In this document: in pieces, positions 25,866-39,000 of the stretch
How the letters are laid out: each line of letters begins with the position of its first letter
Numbering within the stretch: position 1 is the stretch's first letter
Assembly: GCF_004010195.1 (NCBI RefSeq)
Contig: NC_057718.1
Location: forward strand, 60,922,073 to 60,986,072
Direction of reading: 5' to 3'
DNA from: Chiloscyllium plagiosum
Taxonomy: Eukaryota
Length of the DNA: 64,000 nt
The notes under the pieces: model-generated
Databases searched by the model: none
The model's input: the letters and a program-made list of their open reading frames with translations, nothing else
What the model was told of the DNA's origin: nothing
Program-made: the position numbers and the translations under genes

Positions 25866-28116
25866 TAATAAGTACTTGATACTTATTATTTGTACTAACT
25901 TTTAAATCGTGTGGGCAGAATTTTCTACAGCTATGCGAGCAATGGCAAGGATGTTGTAAAAATAATAATGCAAATGAAAACAATTGCGATTTTGTAGAAA
26001 CAAATAATAGGAGCAGGTATAGGCCATTTGGCCCTTCGAGCCTGATCTGCCATTAAATATGACTATTGTACTCTGTTCCCGGTTTCTCCCCATGTTCATT
26101 GATTCCTTTAGCCCTTAGGAACTCCAACATTGAGAAAAAGTATCCTATTTCCCCTTAAGGTTTAAACAATGGCTTCAAAATCTCACTAGTATGTGGTAAC
26201 AGTATTTGCATTTTATCATGAAAGCAACTCACTTCATCTCCATGTTGCTTCCAATTCCCTTCTCCTTCCCCAAGAGTCTGGTTGGTGCAAATTCTCAATG
26301 TGGAAGTCAGAGCAATTACCTGCTGGCATCAGATTGCACTGGCTTCTCTGGGCTCATCCAATGCTCCTCATCAACATCCCTGTGTGCTACAGGGACACCG
26401 TCCTCCTCCAGCTTTCTTCACTGCAAATTGGTCTCGGCAACCATCGATCTCTGCTGTTGGACTACTCACACACCACTCCACTTCTTCAGTGCTCAGTTAC
26501 AGCTGTCAGCCTCTATGCTTGCATTGCTTTTCAGTGCAGAAGCAGAGGCAGGCAGGAGCACTGAACAGTCAAGGGGGTGGACTTAACTCGCTGTGGCATG
26601 GTGCTCCTGCATGTAAAACTGTATGGTACAGCAACAACACATGGCAGCAGCTTACTGGCAAACATTCTGAATGTGCTTCAACAAAATACCCATGTCTGAA
26701 AGTCAAAGGCAAGCAGTTCCCAATGGGGTCAAAGTTGTAATCAGGGAGAAAGCAGCAGGCAAGGAGAGGGTGAACTAAAATCACATGGCACTATGGTTAG
26801 GTAGCTCTTAACGATGTTGACAGGATATCATAAAGTGTGCAGCAAAGTCTCTCATGATAGGCATCAGGCCAAGAGGAATCGTGAGGCATATGTGACCTTG
26901 CACCATCAGTCAGACTTCAATGTTTCAAAGTGCCTATAAACTGTTGAAATGCTTCAACATCTTGTATGACAGCATTTAACTTTATGCAGCTTTACTTGGC
27001 AAACCACTGAGCTATGAGGGAGATTGGACGTGTGAATGTCCCAGCCATGAATAGCAATGCATTCCCTTGAAAAACCTAATACACAGAAAGAACCTTGCAA
27101 TGTATGGAATCATCATTGATCCCATACTCTCACTCAAACATGTGGAAGGTGTGTGCAGGCCAGGCCCTAGCACAAACCCGGTAGATTGCTTTTAGGCCTC
27201 AGTGTTGTCCCCATTCAAGTGCAATGTCTTGGCTGCTGTTTTCAATGTCACAGGTCAAGGATTCCTGACATCTGATGCTAACTGCAGTCAAGGAGTCAGT
27301 TACTTGTGAGTGATGAGCAATGCCTGGTCATTAAAACTTCCTTCATCTTTGCAATGTCTGAAAGAGGCAGCTCATCCCCCACATGGGTGTTACTTAACCA
27401 GATTCAATCATGACAAAGACACTGAAGCTGACATTTTAAGAATGCAATAGCACGATATTAACATCAGTGCAAAACAATGTCTTACCCATGACACCCTTGG
27501 CCCTCAGAAAGTGTTTTTTTAAATTCCTTTCCCTCCCACAATGACGAAGTGCAGTCCTGACTCCTGCAGCTATGGTGAAGTGAGCTGCTCTCGAGTTAAC
27601 TTTCAACTTGGAAGATGCGGGTGATCATTCCTGGGGACAGTTGGGCCTAGCGGGTCCAGCCCCACTGAGAGTTTCCTGCCCAGATGCAGGCTCATCCTCC
27701 TCAGCTGCAATCTCTGCAGGCTTTGGGGTTATAGACAAGGGAGAGATGGAGGGCTAGGCACCTCTGAAGTGACATGTGAAGAAAGCTCTGGGAGTGTGTG
27801 TCTCCTTCTCTGCCATAGGTGCCCACTGGCACCACACTATCTCCCTGAGAGGAAGGGGGATCCAGGTTCTTTGTTCTCCCTCTCACCCAGCAGACTCTGA
27901 CTGTACTGACCAGGGTCTCTATGGCACTAACAAACCTCTTCATGAAGCTAGCCAGTTGCACGCTTAATGAAGCCAGCAAAGCACTGATTACAATGGCAGA
28001 CTCCAGTATCCTTCAATCCAGCTTATTTACCTGCCTACTCTTCCTGTGTCTACTCGTGTGTCTGGGTTGAGAGCACACTGAGGTGAAAGTCTTGGAGATG
28101 GCGATGGGGGTTCAGG

Positions 28117-29012
28117 TCATAGAGTCATAGAGTCCTACAGCACAAAGACAGGCCCTTTGGCCCAATCAGGTCCATGTTGACCAAAATGTCCATCCATACT
28201 AATCCCATTTCCATGCACTTGGCCCATATCCTTCTAAACCTTTCCTATCCATGTATTTGTCCAAATGCCTTTTAAATTGTGTTAATTTACCTGCCTCAAC
28301 TACTTCTACCAGCAGCTCATTCCTTATGTGTAAAAACGTTGCCCCTCAGGTCCCCTTTTATTCTTTCCCATCCAACCTTAAACTGATGCCCTCTAGTCCT
28401 CGACTCCCCAACCCTGGGAAAAAGATTGAGTGCTTTCATTCTATCCATTTCTGTCATGATCTTATACACCTCTATAAGGTTTCCCCTCAGTCTCCTACAC
28501 TCTTAAAGAAAAAAAAGTCCTAGTTTGTTCAACCTCTCCCTATAACTTAGACCATTGAGTCCTGGCAACATCCTTGTAAATTTCTTTTGCACTATTTCCA
28601 GTTTAATAATATCCATTCTATAGCAAGATGACCAAAACTGAACACAATACTCCAATTGTAACCTCACCAACGTCCTGTACAACTGCAACATAACTTCCCA
28701 ACTTCTACACTCAATGCCCTGACTGATGAAGGCTAGTATACCAAAAGCCTTCTGCACTTCCCTGTCTACCTGTGACTCCGCTTTCAGAGAACTGTGAGTC
28801 TGAACTCCAAGGTCCCCATGTTCCACTACACTCCTTAAGGCCCTACCATTCACCATGAAACTCCTACCTTGATTCGACTTTCTAAAATGCAAGACCTCAC
28901 ATTTGTCTATATTAAACTCCATTTGCCATTTCTCAGTCCACTTCCCCAGCTGATCAAGGTCCTGCTGAAATTTCTGATAACCTTCCTCACTATCCACGAT
29001 TCCACCTATTTT
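28117..29012 (-). mobile_element. CR1 LINE 3' fragment
   Basis: ORF 28503-28997 has QQDLDQLGKWTEKWQMEFNIDKC and LEYCVQFWS; (ctctatga)n tail. Confidence 0.93.
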
Positions 29013-29399
29013 AATGAAAACATTGTCAATTAATCCTCTGAGGATTGAGTCACTCCTTCTTCAAAAGTGTGGGACTAGATTGGGTTGGGATATCTGGTTG
29101 GCATGAATGGGTTGGACCGAAGGGTCTGTTTCCATGCTGTACATCTCTATGACTCGAACACTTGCCTTATCAGGCTGAAGATTAGTTGGTGCTGTAAGGT
29201 TGGCATAAAAGAAAGAGAGAGGTCATTGTGCAAGAGGGACAGAAGCTGATGCACCTTAACAATATGTCAGCATTTGGAAGGAATAGGAGAGCAGCACAGC
29301 ACAATAAAGTTGACCAAGTTTGTTTCCATGGAATCCACTCCAACTCTCCCCATGAACGATGGTCCTCTTTCCAGCCAAATCCAGGGACTGTTTACATAA

Positions 29400-29606
29400 A
29401 ATCATAGAATCCCAACAGTGTGGAAGCAGGCCATTCAGCCCATCAAGTCCACACTGACCTTCTGAACAGCATCCCAACCGGACCCATCGCCCGACTCTAT
29501 CCCTGTAACCTTGCATTTCCCATGGCTAATCCACCTAATCTACACAGCCCTGGACACTATGGGCAATTTAGCATGGCCAATCCACCTTAACTGCACATCT
29601 TTGGAC
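29400..29606 (-). mobile_element. HE1-type SINE 3' half
   Basis: ggcaatttagcatggccaatccacc core and tail. Confidence 0.85.
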
Positions 29607-29822
29607 TCCCTGGTCATTAGGAACATCTTTCCTGGGTTTACCCTGCCTGACCTGTTAGATTTTTATAGGTTTTACAAGGTAGCCAAGTCGTTGAAGAATA
29701 ATCACTCCAAATGTAACTCTTCTGCTCTAAATGTAATGTTATTCCCCATGTTCAGATGTAAAAGTGTGGCCAGACAGGCCATCAAAATATTTGATTTATG
29801 ATGAACTTTGATAAAGTGGTCA

Positions 29823-30511
29823 TGTTAAAGCATGCTGGGAAATGGAAGCCAGCCTTGACCAAAGTGACTGTGCTAATTCACATGCTGCAGAATCCAGACA
29901 GGCAGCAGCTGACCACAGACGGCTTGCAAACAAGCCTGATAGCTGCAGACCCTGCAATACATACCTGAAGTTGGACTTGAATGGAACAATGGAATGTTGC
30001 CCTCGGGACAATCAGGAACATTGAGTCATTCACCAGATATGGAGGCACCCAGCAAACTTATTTGGAGGAGGCTACGTGCACCCAGCAACAACAATAAGGG
30101 CCACCCTGCCATCATTGTGCCAACACCTGATTGCACCTGATTGACCAGGGTAATCGAACCTGATCAATTCATTGGAAGATCCTCAAGATCCTCCCAAAAT
30201 GGCAGAAAGACTCAGAAGGATAAGAACCTCCGCAAAACCCTGCTCAAGGCGGTAACTCGAGAATAACCACCGAAAGCGAAGACATCTCCAAGATCATCTG
30301 AAGCAGAAGACATCACCATGTGGAGCCCAGCCAAGTTCTAGTGTGGTGATATACGATCACACAGAGGTAAGTATTAGAGTCGTACTGTGTATCATTAGTT
30401 CAAAATATTTTGCTGTTCTAATAGTAATTGTGTTCAATAAACAAAATTATTGTCTATATGAGTTGGCTCACAGTTCTTTGCTTGGAGTAAGAGCTTGTGG
30501 CAGGCGCAACA
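29823..30511 (+). mobile_element. Possible solo LTR
   Basis: TGTT...AACA ends, AATAAA near 30436, and a composition distinct from the flanks; no matching TSD found. Confidence 0.3.
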
Positions 30512-30592
30512 GGAGGACTGGAAAAAGCTGCTCCTTTCCTTTTGTGTTCAGTTCCAGAAATTGATTCTTACTCTGGTACAGGAGAAGTACCT

Positions 30593-30915
30593 TGGTGGGC
30601 GGCATGGTGGCACAGTGGTTAGCACTGCTGCCTCACAGCGTCTGAGACCCGGGTTCAATTCCCGCCTCAGGCGACTGACTGTGTGGAGTTTGCACGTTCT
30701 CCCCGTGTCTGCGTGGGTTTCCTCCGGGTGCTCCGGTTTCCTCCCACAGTCCAAAAAAGATGTGCAGGGTCAGGTGAATTGGCCATGCTAAATTGCCCGT
30801 AGTGTTAGGTAAGGGGTAAATGTAGGGGTATGGGTGGGTTTCGCTTCGGCGGGTCGGTGTGGACTTGTTGGGCCGAAGGGCCTGTTTCCACACTGTAATG
30901 TAATCTAATCTAATC
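30593..30915 (+). mobile_element. Young full-length HE1-type SINE
   Basis: A box TGGCACAGTGG at 30608-30618; B box GGTTCAATTCC at 30652-30662; CpGs retained; (taatc)n tail; TSD tacct at 30588-30592 and 30916-30920. Confidence 0.95.
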
Positions 30916-31084
30916 TACCTAGTCATTTGGTAAGTGCCTGGTATGTGATTAAGATTTATTCAATCCTAAGGGTTCAAAGTAGTATAGTAACTGATGGTAA
31001 GGTTAATAATATGCATAAAAGGTCAGTAATTATATAATTAAATAAAATAATTCTGTAGCTAACTGAGACACATTAAGGATGACT

Positions 31085-31285
31085 GTGATGGCTGAGGAGT
31101 CACTGTTGTAACTGAGGTCCATTGGCTGATCTGCAGTGCAGCATGGGTTCAATTCCCACACCGGCTGAGTTTACCATGAAGGATTCTCTTTCTCAACATA
31201 TCCCCTCACAGGAGGCATGGTGACCCTCAGATTAAAACCAGTTATCTCTCTCTGTTGAGAGAGCAGCTCATAGTCTAGTAAAAGA
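31085..31285 (+). mobile_element. tRNA-derived SINE of another family, decayed
   Basis: B box GGTTCAATTCC near 31146, followed by caccggctgag...ccatgaagg...ggtgaccctcag. Confidence 0.55.
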
Positions 31286-34200
31286 TACAAATAAGTAATG
31301 AGCTCATTGTGAAAGTGCCCCAAGGTAGCAGTAACCATAATACAAATTAATTTTACGTTCAATTTGAGGGAGGCAGGAGTAAGTTTGATATTATGTTTAA
31401 AACATTAAATCAAAGCAGTTATGAGGGCATGAAAGCAAAGGAGGCCAACGTTAAAAGATAGTTAAATTAAGGTAAAGGATCAATCAATAGAGATGTCGTG
31501 GCAGAAATTTATGGGGCTACTTCAAAATACACAAATTAAATCCATTCTAACATGAAACATTCCAAGAGACAGCTCTACCATCCACGATTAACTAGAATCA
31601 CTATAGTATCAAACTAAAAGAAAACACATAAAATTATGCAAAAACAGATTGAAAGATTGGGTACATTATTTTAAAAAGCAGCAAAAATGATTAAAAATAA
31701 GGCGGAAAATTAGTGTAAAGAGAAGGCTTACCAGAAATATAAAAACAGAGAGAAAGAATTTTCACAAATACTTTCTAAAAATAATTAATGATGTTAGTTT
31801 GTTCTATAGAAAATAAGGGCAGAATTTCCCAACCCTAGAGCTGCATGGGCAATGATGACAAATGTGAGAGGGTATGATGAGAATGAAAAAATCTGATTCT
31901 CGATATCAAGAAAAGTAATTCTGATTTCTCCTTTATGGTTTCAATGCCTTTGTGGGCAATGTCTTTTGTGAGTGGTGAGCATCTTTTCCATGTATTGGTA
32001 ACTCATTATTAGCTAATTTATAAGCCTAATTTTATATGCAGTTTGCAATTCTCCCACACACTGGTGAGAAACTAGATGTCTAGTGGTTAACTGGCAGATG
32101 GAGCTTATCACTTGTCTCTCTGGGCTTATATCTTCAGGTCCATCCATTAACATCTCATCGCAGGCCATAGCATACAAGGCCATGGACCAAGTGCTGAGAA
32201 ATGGGATTAAAATAACTGGATGTTTGATGAACAGTCTGCAAAGGATGGACTAAATGGCTTCTTTGCATGCTATAAAAATTCTATGACTCTTAATTATTCT
32301 ATATTAAGTCAAGGGCGTCATCGAATTTCAATCCAGAGTGTTGGCCATGGGCATTCAGGGCACTTGGAACAATCTTGGAAGGATCTGTGCCCTGCCAGAC
32401 AAGGTATTGGGCCACATTCAGTAGTTCAGTGAGCTGGAGGGACAACAGTCGAGGGCTGGACTATGCTGCATCAGGGCTGTCCTCACAACTCAGTCCAGCG
32501 GGTTGGCCATGGTTAGTCCTGGAGGTTTGGGCAGTAAACATCAAAGGAGGAATTATCAGGGGAAAGTCCAATATTTGTTAGGGGAAGTTAGAAATTCAAG
32601 TGTAGGGTTGGTATGCACTATGCTGGGTCACAGAGTGGTTAATGATATTAAAAGGGGACAACTCCAGATACTAGGATGGGTTATGATATAGCATGGGAGG
32701 GCACAAAATCTGCAGGAAGGTGTTTATTTTTCACACGTCACCATCACCCTGGCTTCAATGAATAGACAGTGGATAGCAATATGGTAAGTCAAAGAGCTGA
32801 GGGGGAAAAGTAGGGATATGATCTACGGGATGTGGGCATTGTTGGTTGTGTCAGTATTTATTGCCCATCCCCAGTTCCCTTTGAGAAGGCCATGGTGAGC
32901 TGCCTTCTTGAATTGCTGCACTCCAGCTCCATTTTCAGCAGCAGCGTGAGCAGTGACACTAATGTCTCTGACTCCTTCATGTGCCAGAAGTGTGTCCAAC
33001 TGCAGCTCTTGTTAGATCGCTTGATGGCTCTGGAGCTGCGGATGGACTCACTTTGGAGCATCTGCAATGCTGAGGAGGTCGTGGCTAGCATGTTTAGCGA
33101 ATTGGTCACACAGCAAATTAGGATTGCTGAGGGAGAAAGGGACTGGGTGACCAAAAGGCAGAGAAAGAGCAGGAAGGCAGTGCAGGTGTCCCCTGCAGTC
33201 ATCTCCCTCCAAAACAGGTATATCATTTTGGATACTGTTGGGGGAGATGGCTCACCAGGGGAAGGCAGCAGGTGCCAGGTTCATGGCACTGTGGCTGGCT
33301 CTGTTGTACAGAAGGGCAAGAAAAAGAGTACAAGGGTTTATAGTAATTGGTGATTCAATTGTAAGGGGAGTAGATAGGTGGTTCTGTGGCTGAAAATAAG
33401 ACTCCCAAGTGGTATGTTGCCTCCCAGGTGCACAGATCTGGGTTGACTCAGATTGGCTGCAGGACATTCTGAAGGGGAAGGGTGAACAGCCAGCTGTCGT
33501 GGTGCCTATAGGCACCAATGATATCGAAAATAGACAGGATGAGGTCCTACAAGCAGAATTTAGGGAATCAAGAATCATGTTAAAAAGTAGAACCTCAGAG
33601 GTAGTAATCTCAGGATTGCTACCAGTGCTATGTGCTAGTCAGAGTAGAAATGAAAGTATAGGCAGGATTAACGCAGGGCTGGAGAGATGGTGCAGGAGGG
33701 AGGCATTTCAGATTTTTGGAACATTGGGACCAATTCTGGGGGAGGTGGGATGACTACAAATTTGACAGGATAATTGGAGCTCTCTCTGGGGTAGGTGGGA
33801 CCTCTACAAGCAGGATGGTCTTCATCTAAACCAGAGGGGTACCAATATCCTGGGTGGGAAATTCGTGAAAGCTATTAAGGTGGATTTAAACTAATACAGA
33901 AGGGGGATGGGAACCAAAATTGTAGGACAGGTACAGAAGAGGATGAGAATAGGGAGTTCCCAAGAGGAAGTGTTGGATGTCTCATAACGCACAGAGGTGG
34001 ATAAAGCCCCCGACCTGATCAGGTCCCTCGAACTCTGTGGGAAGATAGGAAAGTGATTGCTACTCACACAGAAAAGTATAAGTCACCATGCTGGGAGTTT
34101 TCTGTCGACCTCCGAATAGTCGTAGAGATGTAGAGGAAAGGAAAGTAAAGATTATTCTCGACATGAGTGAGAGAGGCAGGGTAGTTCAACTATCCAAATA

Positions 34201-35310
34201 TTGACTGGGAACACTACAGTACGAGTTCTATAGATGGGTGAGTTTTTGTCCAGTGTGTGCAGGAGGGCTTCCTGACACAGTATGTAGACAGGCCTACAAG
34301 GGGCGAAGCAACATTAGATTTAAGATTGGGTAACGAGCCAGGCCCAGGTGTTAGATTTGGAAGTAGGTGAGCACTTTGGAGACAGCGATCACAATTCTGT
34401 CAGGTTTACTTTAGTGATGGAAAGGGATAGGTGTACTCCACCGAGCAAGAGTTACAGCTGGGGGAAGGGAAATTACGAAGCAATTAGAAAAGATTTAGGA
34501 AGCGTAGAATGGGGAAGGAAACTGCAAGGGATGAGCACATCTAAAATGTGGAGCTTAATCAAGGAAAAGCTCCTGTGTGTCCTAGATAAGTATGTGCCTG
34601 TCAGGCAGGGAAGAAGATATAGAATGTGTGAGCTGTGGTTTAAGAAGGAAGTGGAATCCCTGGTCAAGAAGAAGAAGGCTTATGTTTGGACAAAATGTGA
34701 AAACTCAGTTAGGGCGCTTGAGGGTTACAAGGAAGTCAGGAAAGACCTAAAAAGAGAGCTCAGAAGTGCCAGAAGGAGACATGAGAAGTTGTTGGCGGAT
34801 AGGATCAGGGTTAATCCTAAGGCTTTTCATAGTTATGTCAGGAATAAAAGAATGACGAGAGTTAAATTAGGGCCAAACAAGGATAATAATAGGAAGTTGT
34901 GTGTGGAGTCAGAGGAGATAGGGGAAGCACTTAATTAATATTTTTCGACAGTGTTCACTATAGAAAATGAAAATGTTAGCAAGGAAGATACAGAGATACT
35001 TGCATCTAGACTAGAAGAGATTGAGGTTCAAAAGGAAGAGGTATTAGAAATACTGCAGAGTATGAAAATAGACAAGTCTCCTGGGTCGGATGGGATCTAT
35101 TCTAGGATCCTCTGGGAAGCAAGAGAAGAGATTGCCAAGCCTTTGGCATTGATCTTCAAATCATCATTGTCTACAGGAATAGTGCCTAAGGACTGCAGGA
35201 TAGCAAATGTGGTTCCCTTGTTCAAAAAGGGCAGTAGAAACAACTCTGGTAATTACAGACCAGTGAGTCTCACTTCAGTTGTTGGTAAAGTGGCGGAAAA
35301 GGGTATAAGA

Positions 35311-35589
35311 TCAAAGTTTGTGAGAAGATTTGTAGCTTGGATACTCGTTGTTGTAGTTCTGTTCGTCGAGCTGGGAATTTGTGTTGCAGACATTTCGTCC
35401 CCTGTCTAGGTGATATCCTCAGTGTTTGGGAGCCTCTTGTGAAGCGCTTCTGTGATGTTTCCTCCGGAGGAGCAAATGCCAGAGGAAACACCACAGAATC
35501 GCTTCACAGGAGGCTCCCAAGGATGTCACCTAGACAGGGGACGAAACGTCTGCAACACAAATTCCCAGCTCGGCGAACAGAACCACAAC
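35311..35589. mobile_element. PLE-derived fold-back insertion inside CR1 ORF2, with hammerhead motif
   Basis: Inverted arms around 35470; reverse-strand motif CTGAGGAtatcacctagacaggggacGAAATGTC at ~35385-35425; 12 bp TSD with 1 mismatch at 35299-35310 and 35590-35601. Confidence 0.85.
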
Positions 35590-35951
35590 AAGGTTATAAG
35601 AGATAGGATTTATAACCATCTAGAAAAGAATAATCTGATCAGGGACAGTCAGCATGATTTTGCGAAGGATAGGTCGTGCCTAACAAATCTTATTGAGTTT
35701 TTTGACAAAGTGACCAAACAGGTAGATGAGAGTAAACCGGTTGATGTGGTGTATATGGATTTCAGCAAGGTGTTCGATAAGGTTCCCCATAGTAGGCTAT
35801 CACACAAAATGCGGAGGAATGGGATTGTGGGAGACATAGCAGTTTGGATCAGTAATTGGCTTGCTGAAAGAAAACAGAGGGTTGTAGTTGATGGAACATG
35901 TTCATCTTGGTGTCCAGTTACTAGTGGCGTACCGCAATGGTCAGTGTTGGG

Positions 35952-36050
35952 NNNNNNNNNNNNNNNNNNNNNNNNNNNNNNNNNNNNNNNNNNNNNNNNN
36001 NNNNNNNNNNNNNNNNNNNNNNNNNNNNNNNNNNNNNNNNNNNNNNNNNN
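35952..36050. other. Assembly gap (N run)
   Basis: Run of N inside the CR1 RT region. Confidence 1.
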
Positions 36051-39000
36051 CTTTATTAATAGAGGGATTGAGTTCCGGAACCAGGAGGTTTTGCTGCAGC
36101 TGTACAAAGCTCTGGTCCGGCCACACTTGGAGTATTGTGTACAGTTCTGGTCACCGCATTATAAGAAGGATGTAGAAGCTTTGGAAAGGGTGCAGAGGAG
36201 ATTTACTAGGATGGAGGGAATGTCTTACGAGGAAAGGCTGAGGGCCTTGAGACTGTTCTCGTTAGAGAGAAGAAGGTTGAGAGGTGACTTAATAGAGACA
36301 TACAAAATAATCAGAGGGTTAGATAGAGTGGACGGGAGACTCTTTTTCCAAGAATGGGAACGGCAAACATGAGGGGACACAACTTTAAAGTGAGGGGAGA
36401 TAGGTATAAGACGTCAGAGGTAGTTTCTTTACTCAGAGAGTAGTAAGGGTATGGTCTGCTTTGTCTGCATCGGTGAGATTTGCCAAGTTTAAGCGCATTT
36501 AAGTCATCATTGGACAGGCAAATGGATGTACATGGAATAGTGTCAGTGGGATGGGCTTCAGATTAGGATGACAGGGCGGCACAACATCGAGGGCTGAAGG
36601 GCCTGTACTGCATTGTAATGTTCTATGTTCTATGTACACCTGAGCTGGACTGGAACCAATGTCCTTGTGGGTGCTTTTGCTAATCCTGTTGGGGAGGATT
36701 TAAACTAATGTGGCAGGGGGATGGGAATCAAATGAGGAGGTTAGGGGATAGTAAGGAGGTAGTAACTAAAGCCATAATGAAGTCAGCGTGACCAAGGGGA
36801 AGAGTAGGCAGGGAGCAGATGATGAGCGCAAAGGGACTGGCAGTCTGAGATGCATTTGTTTTAATGCAAGAAGTGTAATACCTAAGGCATATGAACTTAG
36901 GGCTTGGATTAGTATCTGGGAGAATGATGTTATTGCCATTACTGAAACTTCGTTGAGGGAAGGGCGTGATGGCCAATTAAATATCCCAGGATATCGATGT
37001 TTCAGGTGGGATAAAGAGGGAGATAAAAGGGATGGAGGAGTGTAATTACTGGTCAGAGAGGGTATCAGAGCTGTGCTGAAGGAGGGCACTATGGAGGACT
37101 AGAGCAGTGAGGCAATATGGGCAGAGCTCAGAAATAGGAAGGGTGTGGTAACAATGTTGGAGCTGTACTACAGGCCTCCCAACAGCAAGCGTGAGATAGA
37201 GGTACACGTATGTAAACAGATTATGGAAAGATGTAGGAGCAAGAGTGATGATAGGAGATTGTAATTTTCCCAACATTGACTGGGGTTCATTTCGTGTTAG
37301 AGGTTTAGATGAAGCAGAATTTGTAAGGAGCATCCAGGAGGGCTTTCTAGAGCAATATGTAAATAGTCAAATAGGACCTGGTGTTGGGGAATGATCCCGG
37401 CCAGGTGGTTGAAGTTTCAGTCGGGGATTACTTTGGGAAGAGTGATAAAAATTCCGTAAGTTTTAGAATACTCATGGACAAAGGTGAGAGTGGTCCTAAA
37501 GGAAGAGTGCTAAACTGGGGGAAGGCCAACTATAGAAAAATTTGGCAGGAGCTGAGGAATGTGGATTGGGAGCTGCTTTTTGAAGGTAAATCCATGTTTG
37601 ATACGTGGGAGGCTTTTAAAGACAAGTTGATTAGAGTGCAGGACAGACATGACCCTGCAGGATCGTAATGGCAAGATTAGTGAACCATGGACGACGGGTG
37701 AAATTGTGAGATTAGCTAGGAGGAAAATAAGGCTTGGGCGACTGCAGACAGATGAAGCTTTGGGAGAATATCGGGAATGTAGGACCAATCTGAAATGAGA
37801 AATTAAGAGGGCTAAAAGGGGTCATGAAATATGTTTAGCAAAAACAGGGTTAAGAAAAATCCCAAAGCCTTTTATTCCTATATAAGGAGCAAGAGGGTAA
37901 TGAGAGAAAGGGTTGGCTCATTCAAGGACAGAGGAGGAAAGTTATGCATGGAATCAGAGAAAATGGGTGAGATTCTTCATGAGTACCTCACATCGGTATT
38001 CACTGAGGAGAGGGACATGATGGATGTTGAGGTTAGGGATAGATATTTGATTACTCGAGGTTAAGTCGATATAAGGAGGGAAGAAATGTTAGGTATTCTA
38101 AAAGACATTAAGGTGGACAAGTCCCCAGGCCAAGATGGGATCTATCCCAGGTGACTGAGTGAAGCTAGAGAGGAAATAGCTGTGGCCTTACCAGATATCT
38201 TTATAGCATCCTTGATAACAAGTGAGGTGCCAGAGGACTGAAGAATTGCTAATGTTGCCCCTTTGTTTAAGAAGAGTAGCAGGGATAATCCAGGTAATTT
38301 TAGACTGGTCATCGTGATGTCAGTGGTAGGGAAACTGCTGGAGAAGATACTGAGGGTTAGGATCTATTCCCATTTAGAAGAAAATGGGCTTATCAGTGAG
38401 AGACAGCATGGGTTTGGTGCAGGGAAGGTCATGGCTTACCAACTTAATAAAATTATTTGATGAAGTAACAAAGTTGATTGATGAGGGAAGGACTGTAGAT
38501 GTCACATACATGGACTTCAGTAAGGCATTTGATAAGTTTCCCATGGTAGGCCAATGGACAAGGTGGAGTCACATGGGGACCAGGGTGTACTATTTAGATG
38601 GATAAATAAGTGGCTGGGCAGCAGGAGACAGAGAGTAGTAGAGGAAGGGAGTTACTCAAAATGGAGAACTATGGCCAGTGGTGTTCCACAGGGATCCGTG
38701 TTATGACCACTGTCATTTTTTCCTATACATAAGTGATCTGGAGGAAGGTATTGGTGGTCTGATTAACAAGTTCACAGATTACCCTAAAATTGGTAGAGTA
38801 GCAGACAGTGAAGTCAGAGAATACAGCAGAATATAGATAGATTGGAGACTTCAGTGGAGAAATGGCAGACAGAGTTCAATCTGGGCAAATGTAAGGTGTT
38901 GCATTTTGGAAGATCCAATTCAAGAGTGAACTATACGGTAATGGAAAAGCCCTGGGGAAAATTGAGGTACAAAGAGATCTATAATCCATTGTTCCCTGAA

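Larger units (their letters stand above)
33773..36634 (+). mobile_element. Nested CR1 of a different subfamily
   Basis: Starts in its own ORF1 end (WGRWDLYKQDGLHL); has HFGDSDH, NYRPVSLTS and DFSKVFDKVPH; (ttctatg)n tail ends at 36634. Confidence 0.9.

Noticed and set aside
26800..27100. Harbinger nuclease remnant on the minus strand
   Set aside because: Only vague resemblance to the LK.RF and CC.LHN motifs; not supportable without an HMM search.
30597..30670. tRNA gene suggested by A and B boxes (also near 51340 and 31146)
   Set aside because: Each continues into a SINE or LINE body with no complete cloverleaf or adjacent terminator; they are tRNA-derived heads.
35299..35601. PLE insertion plus TSD (291 bp) preserves the CR1 reading frame
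   Set aside because: In-frame stop codons lie inside the insert, and frame preservation has a one in three chance.
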